Shown here piece after piece: positions 20,101 to 30,934 of a stretch of DNA of 64,000 nt (within the stretch, counting starts at the first letter, position 1; each line of letters begins with the position of its first letter). Origin of the DNA: an uncultured delta proteobacterium (lineage in GTDB: Bacteria; Desulfobacterota; Binatia; UBA9968); assembly GCA_963745835.1 (NCBI GenBank), contig CAVUZH010000018.1, positions 448,001 to 512,000 on the forward strand. The letters are read 5' to 3'. Position numbers and translations under genes: made by a program. The notes under the pieces were generated by a model that saw only the letters and a program-made list of their open reading frames with translations, had not been told where the DNA came from and searched no databases.

Positions 20101-20425
20101 GCGGAGTGTGAACACGGCCAGCGGACATGTAGCCGCGATCAACGCGCCAAAAGGCGAGGCGATCAGGGTTTACGTTTGCCGGAGTCGAGCACGGCTGCGG
20201 CGTTTACGTCCCATGGGCGGGGTGGCGAGGCTTCGGTCTGCCGAAGCCTCGCCACCCCGCCATGACCGGCTTCGATACCGAGTCGATCGCCATCAACGGC
20301 GTCAGCCGAGCCGGGCCGAAGCGGAGCACCTGCCAGCCCACCGTCATAACCGGCGGTGATCAGTCCCTCATAGGCTGTCGATAACGTCTTGCCACAGGCC
20401 CGCACGCGAATCGCATGAGCCTCCC

Positions 20426-20503
20426 ATGCGAAGGAAACTACTCAACGCCGGCGTCGAGCTGTACGAGCTGCATCCGGATAGCGATATGCCAAAGATCTGG
20501 TCG
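20426..20503 (+). pseudogene. Short relic of a PLD paralogue
   Basis: RRKLLNAGVELYELHPDSDMPKIWS matches RKKLLNAGIELYELRADSDIPRIWS of the PLD at about 18998-19075. Confidence 0.75.
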
Positions 20504-20972
20504 GCGAGTCTCTCTCTCCTGGACCTCACTGATCGCGATCGGAATCGTTCCCGGTACCGGCCTGCCATGATCGCTGTTACGCGCCCGTGTCACAGGTCAG
20601 GTCGAAGTTGATTGAAAGTACCGAGGGTTTGCAGTTCCTCAAGCTATGGAGCTCTAGCCAATCCTATAGCATTAAAAGCTTTGCCTGTATGTACGGTCCT
20701 TAGATTTTTCCGAGATCAATGTGCCTCCGGTCGACTGCCTTCTTCCCTCGCTTGCGGCCAACATTTTGGCAGGTCCATAATTTTTCACATGCAAGAGCAA
20801 GAGCCTGCTTGTGCAGATCGCATTCGCTGCGAGGTCACTGAACGATTCAAAAGCGGTGCGCTATACGTCGAAACTGTCGCCATCGACATCTGGTACGTCG
20901 CGGAAGGCTGTCCACAAGCTGTATCGATAATGAATTTGTTCAATTGCGGGTCATTCAGAACCAGGAAATCAG

Positions 20973-21356
20973 TTAGGACACGACAGCTAACCAGTCAACA
21001 GCATCTTTTGAATCACGAAATACCGCGATACGGAAGCCATATTTCGCCAAACAGGTGCTCACGTCGGATAAGTTAGCATGATCGTCGGCATCGAGTGGAG
21101 AAACTAAGGCAATTCTGTTTCCGGCTGGGTATAAATCCGGCCGGAGTTCGGATAACAACTGATCGATCTCTGCAGGCGCAATCCTGCAGGTAGCCTCAAT
21201 GAGATCAATTAAAACTTTGCAATTGGTATGACCCAGCGTCGCAGCTGCGACCTTGCTGAGGATTTGCTCTAGACCGCCGGCGTTTAATATCCCTTGAGCG
21301 ATCATAATCATGTAATTTCCTTTTTGCCAACTGAGCTGTTTGATCTGGATACGCAT
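20973..21356 (-). CDS. Small hypothetical protein (SpoIIAA/STAS-like pattern)
   Basis: KVLIDL, RIALV and C-terminal IAVFRDSKDAVDWL pattern. Confidence 0.55.
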   Translation of the reverse strand: MRIQIKQLSWQKGNYMIMIAQGILNAGGLEQILSKVAAATLGHTNCKVLIDLIEATCRIAPAEIDQLLSELRPDLYPAGNRIALVSPLDADDHANLSDVSTCLAKYGFRIAVFRDSKDAVDWLAVVS

Positions 21357-21941
21357 GAAGATTCCATCGAGAATGAAAAAATGGGGAAAGCCTTTGCAAC
21401 AGTTTTAGTTCTCCCGACGAAATTTCACGGAGGTGCGAGCGGAAAAGCCAATGCTCCAGAAATCCAGAAACCTGCAGCCGCCGGCTAGAGTTGGTTACGG
21501 GAGCGCCGTCGCTTATGGCGTCTTACTGGTGGACCGATGCGTGGCTGGCTCTTAAGCCATGTGATCAGCTCTGTTTCAAGCATGCCAGGGGTAGCCAGTG
21601 GTGTGACCCGGCGAAGCGGCAACCGTGGTTTTTTGCCAATCGTTTTATAGAATCCTCGCTCAGTCCAAAAAGTCTTGCGATTATTTGCAACTGCAACCAT
21701 CGATCCGTGCAAATTGTCATCCGAATATTTCATCCTTGTACGTATATACCCGTTGTTCACGGGCCCGTTGGGATCACCTCGAGTCGACCCGAAGTGGACA
21801 TTAGCTGGGTCGTCTTTGGTCCTGCAGATTTCGCGTGACAGAAAAAAGCTAAATAGAGATTTCTCATGGTAAGGCTTGAAAACGTCACTGTCTTGGCATG
21901 TGATGCCTTTTACCTGGTAATAGAAACCATCGAGTGCGGTT

Positions 21942-22979
21942 ATGCCGGTCTCTAAAAACCCGATGATCTCCATATCTGCTGCGGCCGGACTGATCGAGGC
22001 GATTAAAGCGGCAGGCGCGAATCCTGATGATGTTCTCGGAACGATCGCAGTGGATAGCGCGATTTTTGCCAATCCGGATGGGTTTATTAGGGTTTCGACC
22101 TTCGCGCGAATTCTAGAAGAAGCGGCCCGCGTGAGCTCGGATGCATGCTTCGGGCTGCATTTCGGCGAACGCTACAATCCAAAGAATATAGGTTCGTTGG
22201 TCTATGTGGTCTTGAATTCACCGACGATTGCGGCAGGTATCGAAAACACAGCGCGGTTTATTAAGATTCATAACGAGGCAGCCAGAGCCTCACTCCTCGT
22301 CGAAAAAGACCGTGCGTATCTTAGATTCTTGCCGAACGAGCTTCTGATTCACACTTCGCGCCAACATAGCGAATACGCCATGGCCGTTGCTCTTAATACA
22401 TTGAGATTAATGGTTGGCAGCGAATGGGCGCCGCAGGAGGTTCATTTCACGCATCAGCTGGAGGTCGCCACTCCGGAGCATTTCCGCGTGTTCTGCGCTC
22501 CAATTATGTTTGGCTGTCCGGCCAATGCTTTTGTTGTCGAGAGTGATTTTCTGAAGCGGGAGGTGCCGGCAGCGGACCCGCGGCTCTATCGCATACTGAA
22601 GCGTTACCTGGGACGTATGTTGAACGAGATGCCACGCGAAGACGACCTACTTGCCGCCGTTCGACGCATGATTGGAGAAGCAATCCGGGATGCAGAGCCA
22701 AAACTTTCGCTCGCAGCAAAAAAACTTGGCATGAGCCCGCGTCGCCTACAGAGGCGACTCCAAGAGTACGGACTGGACTTCAAGAGGCTAGTCGACGATA
22801 CCCGCCAACGGTTGGCCCTCCAGTACATCAAGGAAGAAAAGGACACTCTTACGCAAATCGCTTTCATGCTCGGCTACTCGGACGTCAGTGCGTTCAATCG
22901 AGCCTTCAAGCGCTGGACCGGCACAGCACCCTTGGAATACCGTCGTACCGTTGCGAAGCAAGCCAGCACATATGTCTAG
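21942..22979 (+). CDS. AraC family transcriptional regulator (OruR/VirS-type N-terminal domain)
   Basis: FGLHFG and LNSPTI motifs; C-terminal HTH LGMSPRRLQRRL...IAFMLGYSDVSAFNRAFKRWTG. Confidence 0.92.
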   Translation: MPVSKNPMISISAAAGLIEAIKAAGANPDDVLGTIAVDSAIFANPDGFIRVSTFARILEEAARVSSDACFGLHFGERYNPKNIGSLVYVVLNSPTIAAGIENTARFIKIHNEAARASLLVEKDRAYLRFLPNELLIHTSRQHSEYAMAVALNTLRLMVGSEWAPQEVHFTHQLEVATPEHFRVFCAPIMFGCPANAFVVESDFLKREVPAADPRLYRILKRYLGRMLNEMPREDDLLAAVRRMIGEAIRDAEPKLSLAAKKLGMSPRRLQRRLQEYGLDFKRLVDDTRQRLALQYIKEEKDTLTQIAFMLGYSDVSAFNRAFKRWTGTAPLEYRRTVAKQASTYV

Positions 22980-23287
22980 AGTCAAAAGTGACTTTGGGGG
23001 CGCCTGAGATAAAACTCAACGTCCTTCATGAAATGGAATTCGAACGGCTAATCAGATTAATTCTCACTTAACCCTCACCGAAATCCGCCGTGATGATCAA
23101 GACTCCGGATTGCCATCCGCTCGTATCGAGGGAGTAGTCTCGGAGAAAGTCGTCCGCTCGCGCCATTCGACTCAGGACCATCCTGAAACGATTCGCGAGA
23201 TCAAGCGCATTTTGATCGAGCATCATTTCAGCGCTTTTGATCTTTTATTTGCTCTCGGCGAGAGGTCGCCGTATGTTTAGCCGGTAA

Positions 23288-24883
23288 GTGATTCGCTTTA
23301 GATTAGCGTTGAACACACGCGAAGAAAGCAGACGCGATACGAGGTTTTCGGTGTGGGACTGCGTCGACCATTTTAAGCTCGCAATTTCAGTTTTCCGAGG
23401 TGCACTCGTGAAGCACGCTTTCGTTACTTCGCAAAAACAAAGCTGCACAATTGGCAATGGGGCAGTAGCCACAAGCTACCGGCAGTCGGTTCGAGATAAA
23501 GCAGAACGAGCTTCTCCCACTATCAAGACTCAGAGGGGGCGCAGTTTTCGGACCGGCAGCCTCTTGGCTGTTTTTGCGATATTCGTAGTGTTTGCCGGCT
23601 GTACAGCCGTTGAAGAAGCTCAGCAGGGCGTGAGAGGTATTTTTACACCTCTTTCGATGGGTGCTGCAAAAAAGACTACAAAGCGCGCCGACCAGATCAC
23701 CCAAGAAGAGTTGGATCAGCTCACTTTAGGGTTCTCAGATCGCTATCTCACCTATATTGGGTCGGCGATGGGAGCGATCGAACGTGACAATGCCGATGCC
23801 GCGCAGCGCCGCCGTGCGCACCAGGTAAGGCTGGTACAAGTCAGCGCCATTTACGATATTGTCACCAACGCCGATCCGTTTACGCGTCTTATGGATCTCG
23901 TCCTGACGGTAACGCTCCAAAGCCAAACTTGGATCGAGGATGACCAGGCCGAAAAATGGTTCGGCGCGCGCGCCCGGCCGCTCATTAATGCCTCGCGCAA
24001 AGCGCGAGAGGACATTTGGCAGATCGCGGCGCGTGCCATGACTACCGACCAACTCGAAGTCCTCGATTATCTCATTTGGGACTGGCGCCAGCAAAACCCA
24101 GGCATCGAGATTGTCTCCTATGTTCGCTTCGACGACGTCGCCGCAGCACGCGGTAAATCAATCGTCGCCGACGTCAAGAGCGGAACCGGCTTGCTCGCAC
24201 CCGTCGGGGAAGCGACCAAAGCAGTTGACGAAACAAGAATGTTGGCCGAGCGCGCATTCTTCTATGTTAAGCGTTTGCCGTTCTTATTAAATTGGCAGGT
24301 GCGCTTGGCGGTCGAGGACGTCTTGGGACAGTCGGAAATCCAGGAAATGTCCCGGGGATTGCTGGGCGTTACCCGTATGGTCGAAAAGCTGCCTCAGGAT
24401 ATCGCTCGCGAGCGCGAGGCGTTGCTGGCGACTCTCAAGAGGGAACAGCCCCTGTTTAATGCGCTCTCGTCACAGTACCGTGGCGCCGTCGGTGACACGA
24501 CAACTCTGGTGGGCAGCCTTACTGACTTTGCCGACACGAGCCAGCAAACTTTGGCGGAATTCAATGAACTCGTCAAAACAATTAACAAAGACGGACGGCC
24601 GTTCGACATCCGTGAATATGGCGCAACACTCGATAAGCTGACTGCCGCTCTCCAGCAAGCCGATCGCTTAGCGGGAACAGGCTTGGCCGTGGCGCAAACC
24701 GCTCAGCCACAAAGTCTCACCGAACTCATGAAGGGCGGATCGCAGCAGACGGAGACATTGGCGGCGCGAATCCTCGATACAGCATTCTGGCGCGGCTTCG
24801 CGCTCATGGTTGTCTTCTTTGCCATGCTCGCCCTCTATCGTCTGTTCTGCCTGTTGATTGATCGGCGCGGGAAGACTCAATGA
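23288..24883 (+). CDS. Hypothetical lipoprotein with coiled-coil region and C-terminal TM; true start probably about 23500-23570
   Basis: Lipobox FAGC, helical body, C-terminal hydrophobic segment; ATGA overlap with the next gene. Confidence 0.65.
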   Translation: MIRFRLALNTREESRRDTRFSVWDCVDHFKLAISVFRGALVKHAFVTSQKQSCTIGNGAVATSYRQSVRDKAERASPTIKTQRGRSFRTGSLLAVFAIFVVFAGCTAVEEAQQGVRGIFTPLSMGAAKKTTKRADQITQEELDQLTLGFSDRYLTYIGSAMGAIERDNADAAQRRRAHQVRLVQVSAIYDIVTNADPFTRLMDLVLTVTLQSQTWIEDDQAEKWFGARARPLINASRKAREDIWQIAARAMTTDQLEVLDYLIWDWRQQNPGIEIVSYVRFDDVAAARGKSIVADVKSGTGLLAPVGEATKAVDETRMLAERAFFYVKRLPFLLNWQVRLAVEDVLGQSEIQEMSRGLLGVTRMVEKLPQDIAREREALLATLKREQPLFNALSSQYRGAVGDTTTLVGSLTDFADTSQQTLAEFNELVKTINKDGRPFDIREYGATLDKLTAALQQADRLAGTGLAVAQTAQPQSLTELMKGGSQQTETLAARILDTAFWRGFALMVVFFAMLALYRLFCLLIDRRGKTQ

Positions 24884-25854
24884 AAGCAGCTTTTCTTGCC
24901 GTGGCGCTCCTCTCATGCGCAACTGCCGCGCCGGCGGCGGAAATAACACGACCCGCCATCGTCGATCCCGAAGTGGCGGACTATCAGCGCAGTGACAAAA
25001 TGGAGGGCGTGCTCCGGGCGGTGGGTTCCTCGACGCTGTCAAATCTGCTGTTCCGTTGGGGAGCGGAGTTCCGCCGTCTGTATCCGACAGTCGATTTGCA
25101 GATCACTGGAGGAGGCTCTGAAACGGCAGTTCCCGCGCTTCTGAGCGGCGGTGCTGAACTCGGACCCATGAGCCGGCCGATGAGCGACGCCGAGGTGGAG
25201 AGATTCCGTGTCAAGTTCGGATACTTGCCGACACGGCTGACGGTAGCGATGGACGCGATCGCCGTTTACGTCAATAAGCACAATCCTCTCTCGCGTATCA
25301 GCTTTCGGGAGCTGGATGCGATATTTTCCGACACCCGGAAGCGAGGCGGGTCGCCGATTCGCACCTGGAATCAGATGGGACTTAGCGGCGAATGGATTGG
25401 CCGGCCGATTCTCTTAAAGGGGCCGTCGCCGCTGCAAGGACTGTACAGTATCTTTCGCTCATCGGTTCTTAACGGGGGTACGTACCGTTTAGCCATGCGG
25501 CCTGAACCCGTCGCCTCATCCATCGTTCAGGCAGTTGCAACAGAAGACAACGCGATCGGATTTGCCAGCCATTTTCTCGCAGCTGCGCGCACGAAGACGC
25601 TCGCCATTGCCCAAAATGACGCTGGCCCCTATGTTTTGCCCACGGCTGAGCATTCGGGCGACGGCAGTTACCCGCTGGCACGCAAACTCTTTATTTACGT
25701 AAACCGAGCGCCCGGAATGGCTCTAAGTCCCCTCACCCGCGAGTTCCTGCGCTTTATCTGTTCAGCGCAAGGGCAGGAGATCACCGCTCTTGGTGGAAAT
25801 TTTCCGCTCGGTGCGAATCTGGCAGGGCGGGAATGTGCCATGATGATCGAGTGA
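24880..25854 (+). CDS. PstS-family phosphate-binding protein
   Basis: AVGSSTL, GGGSETA, GPMSRPM, DAIAVYVNKHNP and YPLARKLFIYVN motifs. Confidence 0.9.
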   Translation: MKAAFLAVALLSCATAAPAAEITRPAIVDPEVADYQRSDKMEGVLRAVGSSTLSNLLFRWGAEFRRLYPTVDLQITGGGSETAVPALLSGGAELGPMSRPMSDAEVERFRVKFGYLPTRLTVAMDAIAVYVNKHNPLSRISFRELDAIFSDTRKRGGSPIRTWNQMGLSGEWIGRPILLKGPSPLQGLYSIFRSSVLNGGTYRLAMRPEPVASSIVQAVATEDNAIGFASHFLAAARTKTLAIAQNDAGPYVLPTAEHSGDGSYPLARKLFIYVNRAPGMALSPLTREFLRFICSAQGQEITALGGNFPLGANLAGRECAMMIE

Positions 25855-25983
25855 GTAAGTGGAGTAGGTTTACCCCGCTTGAGCGGCTCACATTGAGAAA
25901 TGCATTTTTTCGACAGCTCATGAAGGGATGATGTCAGCATCTTCAGAGACGCATTTCTCAGAACGGACGTGATTTCGAGAAGC

Positions 25984-26023
25984 AAGGCGTGCAGGATACA
26001 ACCCGCGCGCCTTTTTTTATTTT
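25984..26023 (+). terminator. Rho-independent terminator between convergent genes
   Basis: AAGGCGTGC...GCGCGCCTT stem followed by TTTTTTATTTT. Confidence 0.6.
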
Positions 26024-26081
26024 AACTGCGCTGCCTCGATCTAACCTTGCTCGCGATAGCCTCCGTTAATCCATAAACCGG

Positions 26082-26573
26082 CTAGGGCGAGAGCCCTTGG
26101 CTTGCAGTGCTGATAGTATCGCCTACCCGAATGATTCCGCCGCGCACGACATCGGCACGCAAGCCGCCGCGATGAATCAATCCGCGCATAACGCCTTTGA
26201 CCGTAAGTTTTTCCAAATGCGCGCAGGGTTCGCACAGCCTGGTGCCGCGTAGCACCGCCTCGCCGACGGCAAATTCTCGATCGATAAGATGATTGAGCCC
26301 CACTCCTCGAGTCACGATGTTGCGCCTGGCTTGCGCAGCATCGATGTCGATCCCATATTCTCGTCCCAAAGCCTCGATGGCTTCGATTTCGATCAAGGTC
26401 ACTTCCCGGCCGGTGCCGGGAGTTTTGCTGTAAGTGCCGGTTTTGAGATAGTAGCGATCCCCTTCCAGTCCCTTGCCGGCGGTGGCCTGGATCTCTCCGA
26501 GTGAGATGATCGGGGCGGCCCCAGCAAAAGCGATATGGATCGATGAAACGGCGCCTGTCACGATTATGGTCAA
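26082..26573 (-). CDS. MOSC domain protein
   Basis: GLEGDRY, REVTLI, RRNIVTRG, LCEPC and GGIIRVGD motifs. Confidence 0.9.
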   Translation of the reverse strand: MTIIVTGAVSSIHIAFAGAAPIISLGEIQATAGKGLEGDRYYLKTGTYSKTPGTGREVTLIEIEAIEALGREYGIDIDAAQARRNIVTRGVGLNHLIDREFAVGEAVLRGTRLCEPCAHLEKLTVKGVMRGLIHRGGLRADVVRGGIIRVGDTISTASQGLSP

Positions 26574-27430
26574 TTCTGTTTGCGTGCCAGCAGCGCGTTT
26601 ATATCGGGCGTCTGCATCCCTTCCTTCAGCAGATTACATGTGCCCTTTTCCAGAATCTCTTGAGCCAATCGCCGGGTGGCGGTGATCGCAGCCTTGGTGA
26701 AGCCCGATCCGTAGCTGACCCGCGCCACGCCCAGGTCTTGTAGTTGTTGAACGCTGGGCGACTGCGGGCCGGCGAGGATACTGATCGGCGCCTTAACCTC
26801 TTTGGCTAAGCGCCCGATAATCTCGGCCGAATGGAGGAAGAGGTAAAAAATGCAGTCGGCTCCCGCTTCGGCGTAGGCATTGCCGCGTTCGATCGCTTCA
26901 TCAACCGCTTTCTTTGGGTTGTCGGTGATCACGTGGAAGGAATCGACACGGGCATTGAGAAAAAACTCGCTGCCCAATTCGCGTTTGACGTCGATGACTG
27001 CTTTGATCTTGCGCAGTTGTTCCGAGATCTCGACCAATCCGCCTTTTCCTTTCGCCGCGCCGTCTTCGAGATTCATGCCGGCGACACCCCGCGCCACCAA
27101 CCCACGCACCGTATCCCTTACGCCGTTCTCGTCACCGTAGCCCCTCTCACCGTCGGCATTGAACGGGACGTTCACGGCCGCCGCGAAATTGCCGCTTAGC
27201 TCAATAAACTGATCGCGGCGCATCGCTTCACCATCCAAATAACCGACAGCCGCAGCGATGCCGCCGCTGGTGCCCTGAATCGCCTTGAAACCCATTTGCG
27301 CGAATAGCAGCGCGCTGAGAACGTCATAGGCCCCCGGCATGATGAGAATTTCCGGCGCGCGCACCAGTTCCCTGAGTCTGCGGCTTTTTTCGTTCGCTGT
27401 GGTTAGTGTTGAAGCTGGAATTGCCTCCAT
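26570..27430 (-). CDS. Isocitrate lyase/PEP mutase family protein
   Basis: PGAYDVLSA, ADGERGYG, GMNLED, LNARVD and AYAEAGADCIF motifs. Confidence 0.9.
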   Translation of the reverse strand: MEAIPASTLTTANEKSRRLRELVRAPEILIMPGAYDVLSALLFAQMGFKAIQGTSGGIAAAVGYLDGEAMRRDQFIELSGNFAAAVNVPFNADGERGYGDENGVRDTVRGLVARGVAGMNLEDGAAKGKGGLVEISEQLRKIKAVIDVKRELGSEFFLNARVDSFHVITDNPKKAVDEAIERGNAYAEAGADCIFYLFLHSAEIIGRLAKEVKAPISILAGPQSPSVQQLQDLGVARVSYGSGFTKAAITATRRLAQEILEKGTCNLLKEGMQTPDINALLARKQN

Positions 27431-27787
27431 GCTGATCCTCCTTCTAACGATTTAAAACGGCATGAACAATTTGAACGCCTAATTGATGATTCGCATCCTA
27501 AGTCGGAACAACACATTCTCGCAAGAGGCAGAGAGCTACTGTCAACTCGTTTGCAGAGTTGTTCGATCTCGCGCGAGTTCTGCGCGCAGTTCTTTTTTCT
27601 TGTGCTCATGACCTGCGGATATTTCGCACGTAGGTAATTCGTTGCTCGTCCGGTTATATTAGTCCGGCGAACGGGAACGTGATTACCGTTAGTTTACGAG
27701 TTTGTTCGAGCGTTGACATGCGATAAAGCTATCGGATAGGTTTTCAGACTAAGGATCGGACTGACTTAAAGATAAAGGAGGCCGCCG

Positions 27788-28258
27788 ATGTCGAAGATCA
27801 GAGGGATAAGCCACGTTGTGCTCTACGTCAATGACCTGGACAGAATGGTCGCTTTCTACCGTGACATGCTCGGGCTGATCGAGTATCGGGAGAACCCCGG
27901 TCGAATGGTTTTCCTAACCCCGGATCCGGACATCGACGACCACCAAATCGCACTGGCTAAAGGACGAGAAGGCGACGCCAAGCTCATCGGTCACATCGCG
28001 TGGAGCGTCGATAGCCCCGCCGACGTCAAGGCATTCTATGAGAAGTTCAAGGCCGCAGGAGTGCCCATCGATCACTGTGTCAGTCATGCATACCAGGAAA
28101 TGGGAAATACCGTCTCCTGTTATTTCCTTGATCCGGAAGGCAACTGTCTAGAGATCTATGCTCTCGTGGCGGAGCGCGACCAGGCGCGCATCAATCGGCC
28201 TCTCGATTTAGACAAGAGCGTGGATGAGATTGTCGCCCAGGCCAGCGGGCTCGGCTAA
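27788..28258 (+). CDS. VOC/glyoxalase family protein
   Basis: ISHVVLYVNDL, HQIAL, GHIAW and YFLDPEGNCLEI motifs; RBS AAGGAGG. Confidence 0.9.
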   Translation: MSKIRGISHVVLYVNDLDRMVAFYRDMLGLIEYRENPGRMVFLTPDPDIDDHQIALAKGREGDAKLIGHIAWSVDSPADVKAFYEKFKAAGVPIDHCVSHAYQEMGNTVSCYFLDPEGNCLEIYALVAERDQARINRPLDLDKSVDEIVAQASGLG

Positions 28259-28448
28259 GGTTCAGCATTGCTATTCCAATTTCAAAACTGTCATTACGCA
28301 CGCCGGCTCTATCCGACTTTGAATAGCGAGCATGCGCGAGCGGTTGAACGGTTGAACCTTGAACAAATTGCCGGCCCTTGAACGAACACTGATCTTGGAT
28401 CCAGACTTTATTTGAGGTAACTAAAGATCAGGAAGGGATTTAAGCCTG

Positions 28449-28769
28449 ATGAAACAGACCTGCTTTGTCTGCCAAAACGTTGATTGCCAGAGCCGGGGCT
28501 CTGAAGAGCTCATGAAGGAGCTCACCACTGAGGTGGCGGCAAAATCCATTGATGCCGAGGTTAAGTCATACATCTGCTTCGGCGGCTGTGATATCGGACC
28601 TAACATTGTCGTCCATCCGCAAAAAGTCTGGTATGCCGGCGTAACGAAAGAGGATGTGCCGGAGATAGTCGCTGCCCTAGCAAGCGGCGCCACGGTTACA
28701 CGGCTCGACAGCGCAGACCCGGCGTTGAAAGAGATCGTATTTTCGCTTCTGGATGCCGGGGTGTTTTAA
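28449..28769 (+). CDS. Thioredoxin-like [2Fe-2S] ferredoxin
   Basis: VCQNVDC..RGS, CFGGCDIGPNIVVHP and WYAGVT motifs. Confidence 0.85.
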   Translation: MKQTCFVCQNVDCQSRGSEELMKELTTEVAAKSIDAEVKSYICFGGCDIGPNIVVHPQKVWYAGVTKEDVPEIVAALASGATVTRLDSADPALKEIVFSLLDAGVF

Positions 28770-28973
28770 AGGGCTTCCCGCCTCAGCGCCGAGCAGATGG
28801 CGGCTCACAGCTACCATCATCGTGCCGGCAGGAACGATCGAAACCTTGCTCTTTCTCTGATTATCGCTAGGGTCGGATCTATGCGATGAGATTCCCCGCT
28901 CGAATACCATCAGATTTGTTTCAGGCCGAGTAACCTCTGTTTCCGCCATGCAGGAAGGCCCGCCGCCTCACGT

Positions 28974-29675
28974 CTATTGACAGAGGTATTGTGTAAACTC
29001 GCGCTCTGGACTGCCCCCATCCGCTGTGACCAGAAAGTTGCCGTCGGACTCGCGCACCACAATCACGCCGTAAGTGTGGAGCCCAAGTCTCGCAGCATGG
29101 CGCTTTGCGGCGTCCCAGACATCCTCGAGGCGTTCGACACGCAATGGAGTTCGGCTCGCGAGTCTCTGCCGCGCGTCTTGCCGGAGCCGCACGAGGTGGA
29201 TATGAAGATGATCCTGAGAGCGCAGGGAAGCTGGATTGACTACGAGCCCGATTCCCGTCTCTTCAGGAATCCGCTGGCGAGCGACTGCCCAGGCAAACGG
29301 CCAGATGCCCGCGGGCCGCTGGCTATCTTCGACACCGGAGACGGCTACCCGTGCCATCGCCAAGCCGTGCACAAAACCCGCCGGACACCCGCACATTTTG
29401 ATATCGCGGATGGCCACGTAATCGTCCGTCTGTGCCCAAACCTCCGAGGTCCGGCTACACTCGTCATTCATCGCGCATTGACCAGACAAGGGAGCAGGGC
29501 ACCGGACACAGTAGTCAGGTATTGAGGAGTCGAGGCAGTGGGCCACAATCTCATAGAGTATGTTCCGTGAGGGTTGCCCGGCCACACCGCTATGGGACCC
29601 CATCGCTAGAAAGATAATCAAAAGGATCACTAACATACCCGCTCTCCCCTTCACTCTGACGACACAGTCGCTCAA
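28974..29675 (-). CDS. CDP-diacylglycerol pyrophosphatase (Cdh)-like HIT protein, exported
   Basis: VSGVED and GLVVN...RSQDHLHIH HIT-like motif; signal peptide. Confidence 0.7.
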   Translation of the reverse strand: MSDCVVRVKGRAGMLVILLIIFLAMGSHSGVAGQPSRNILYEIVAHCLDSSIPDYCVRCPAPLSGQCAMNDECSRTSEVWAQTDDYVAIRDIKMCGCPAGFVHGLAMARVAVSGVEDSQRPAGIWPFAWAVARQRIPEETGIGLVVNPASLRSQDHLHIHLVRLRQDARQRLASRTPLRVERLEDVWDAAKRHAARLGLHTYGVIVVRESDGNFLVTADGGSPEREFTQYLCQ

Positions 29676-30097
29676 TTCGAAGCATCTGCTTTCAATAATC
29701 CATCATCAAACCTGGCATGAGACGCTCACAACATTAATGGGCAGCTAAGTTTCGATCCGCAATTCATATTCTACTAGAACACATAGGAAGGGTAACGCCG
29801 GATCTGGCTTTTTATTCTTAAGAATCTTTTAGGGGAGTTTCCGTAATCTCAACCTTGCGCGTTTCGACAATGAGAGAATAGTGTCTGACATAGGCTATTG
29901 TTATAACTTTAGGACAGATCAAAAAGTTCGCCTGACACCGACCTCATTCCCTGGATTTGCAGATGATCGTAGGCGCGGAAAAGCCCATTAATAGGTGGTA
30001 ACTGAAAAAGACATCAGCTAATAGGCAAAGTAGCGGAAGACATCTAAGTATCCAGCGACGGTCGGATGCTGTTCATCAGAACAGGAGAGCTGGAGTT

Positions 30098-30934
30098 TTG
30101 CCAGTTGCCGTGTCGTCGATTCTACCTTTTTTTAGCGCTTCACCTGATGGTATTCAACAAAGTATGCCAGTAGGAACAATTCTCGGGATGTCTCAGCGCG
30201 TAACCAGAATCAAACCGAAAGGCATGAACCTCCTGCTCCTTCGCATTGCACTCGTCGGTGCTTTCATATCAGTTACCGTAGTCTCCTCGTTTGCAGGTCA
30301 TCCACTGATGAACGATGACGCTCGTACCGTCGATGCAAAGGCGTGTCAGATTGAATCCTGGATGGAACTTCGTTCGGATAGCGCAACCTATTGGATCCTT
30401 CCGGCCTGCAATTTCACAGGAAATCTCGAGCTAACTGTGGGAGGCGCATGGACGCATGAAGCCCACAGCACACGGAACAGCCAAGTAGTGCTTCAAGGGA
30501 AATCTATCTTCAAGTCATTGGATACGAATGGGTGGGGTCTTGGAATAGCTGCTGGTACGCTATGGTATCCTAAAGGCAAGTCAAACAATCGGCCATATGG
30601 CCTCTACGCTTATCTCCCGGCTAGCTTTTCGTTCAAGGACGATAGAATCATCATTCACGGCAACCTCGGTTGGACGCGTGAAAGTGCAGAGCGGGTGAAT
30701 CACTTACAATGGGGGTTAGCTACCGAAGCGGAAGTCATAAAGCCTTTGTCCTTATTCGCTGAAGTCTTCGGACAAGAACGAGGTCATCCCTCCTTTCAAC
30801 TCGGATTCTGGTATTGGATCGTATCTGAACGGGTGCAGGTAAACGCCGCCTACGGGAATCGCTTCGGAACTGGCGGAGGTGCAAACTGGTTTTCGGTAGG
30901 GGTTAATTTATTTAGCGTACCGTTTTTACCGTGA
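30098..30934 (+). CDS. Putative outer-membrane beta-barrel (transporter/MetA-pathway-like); start uncertain
   Basis: HPLMNDDARTV after a signal peptide; alternating aromatic strands; C-terminal WFSVGVNLF. Confidence 0.6.
   Translation: MPVAVSSILPFFSASPDGIQQSMPVGTILGMSQRVTRIKPKGMNLLLLRIALVGAFISVTVVSSFAGHPLMNDDARTVDAKACQIESWMELRSDSATYWILPACNFTGNLELTVGGAWTHEAHSTRNSQVVLQGKSIFKSLDTNGWGLGIAAGTLWYPKGKSNNRPYGLYAYLPASFSFKDDRIIIHGNLGWTRESAERVNHLQWGLATEAEVIKPLSLFAEVFGQERGHPSFQLGFWYWIVSERVQVNAAYGNRFGTGGGANWFSVGVNLFSVPFLP

Noticed and set aside
21485-22072. 195-aa minus-strand ORF
   Set aside because: It overlaps the AraC start on the opposite strand and has no recognisable motif. A shorter real gene in 21485-21830 cannot be excluded.
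30020-30072. c-di-GMP-I riboswitch-like words (GCAAAG...TCTAAG...GACGGTCGG)
   Set aside because: The P2 GNRA hairpin and the P1 pairing cannot be built; at best a decayed relic. cmscan would decide.
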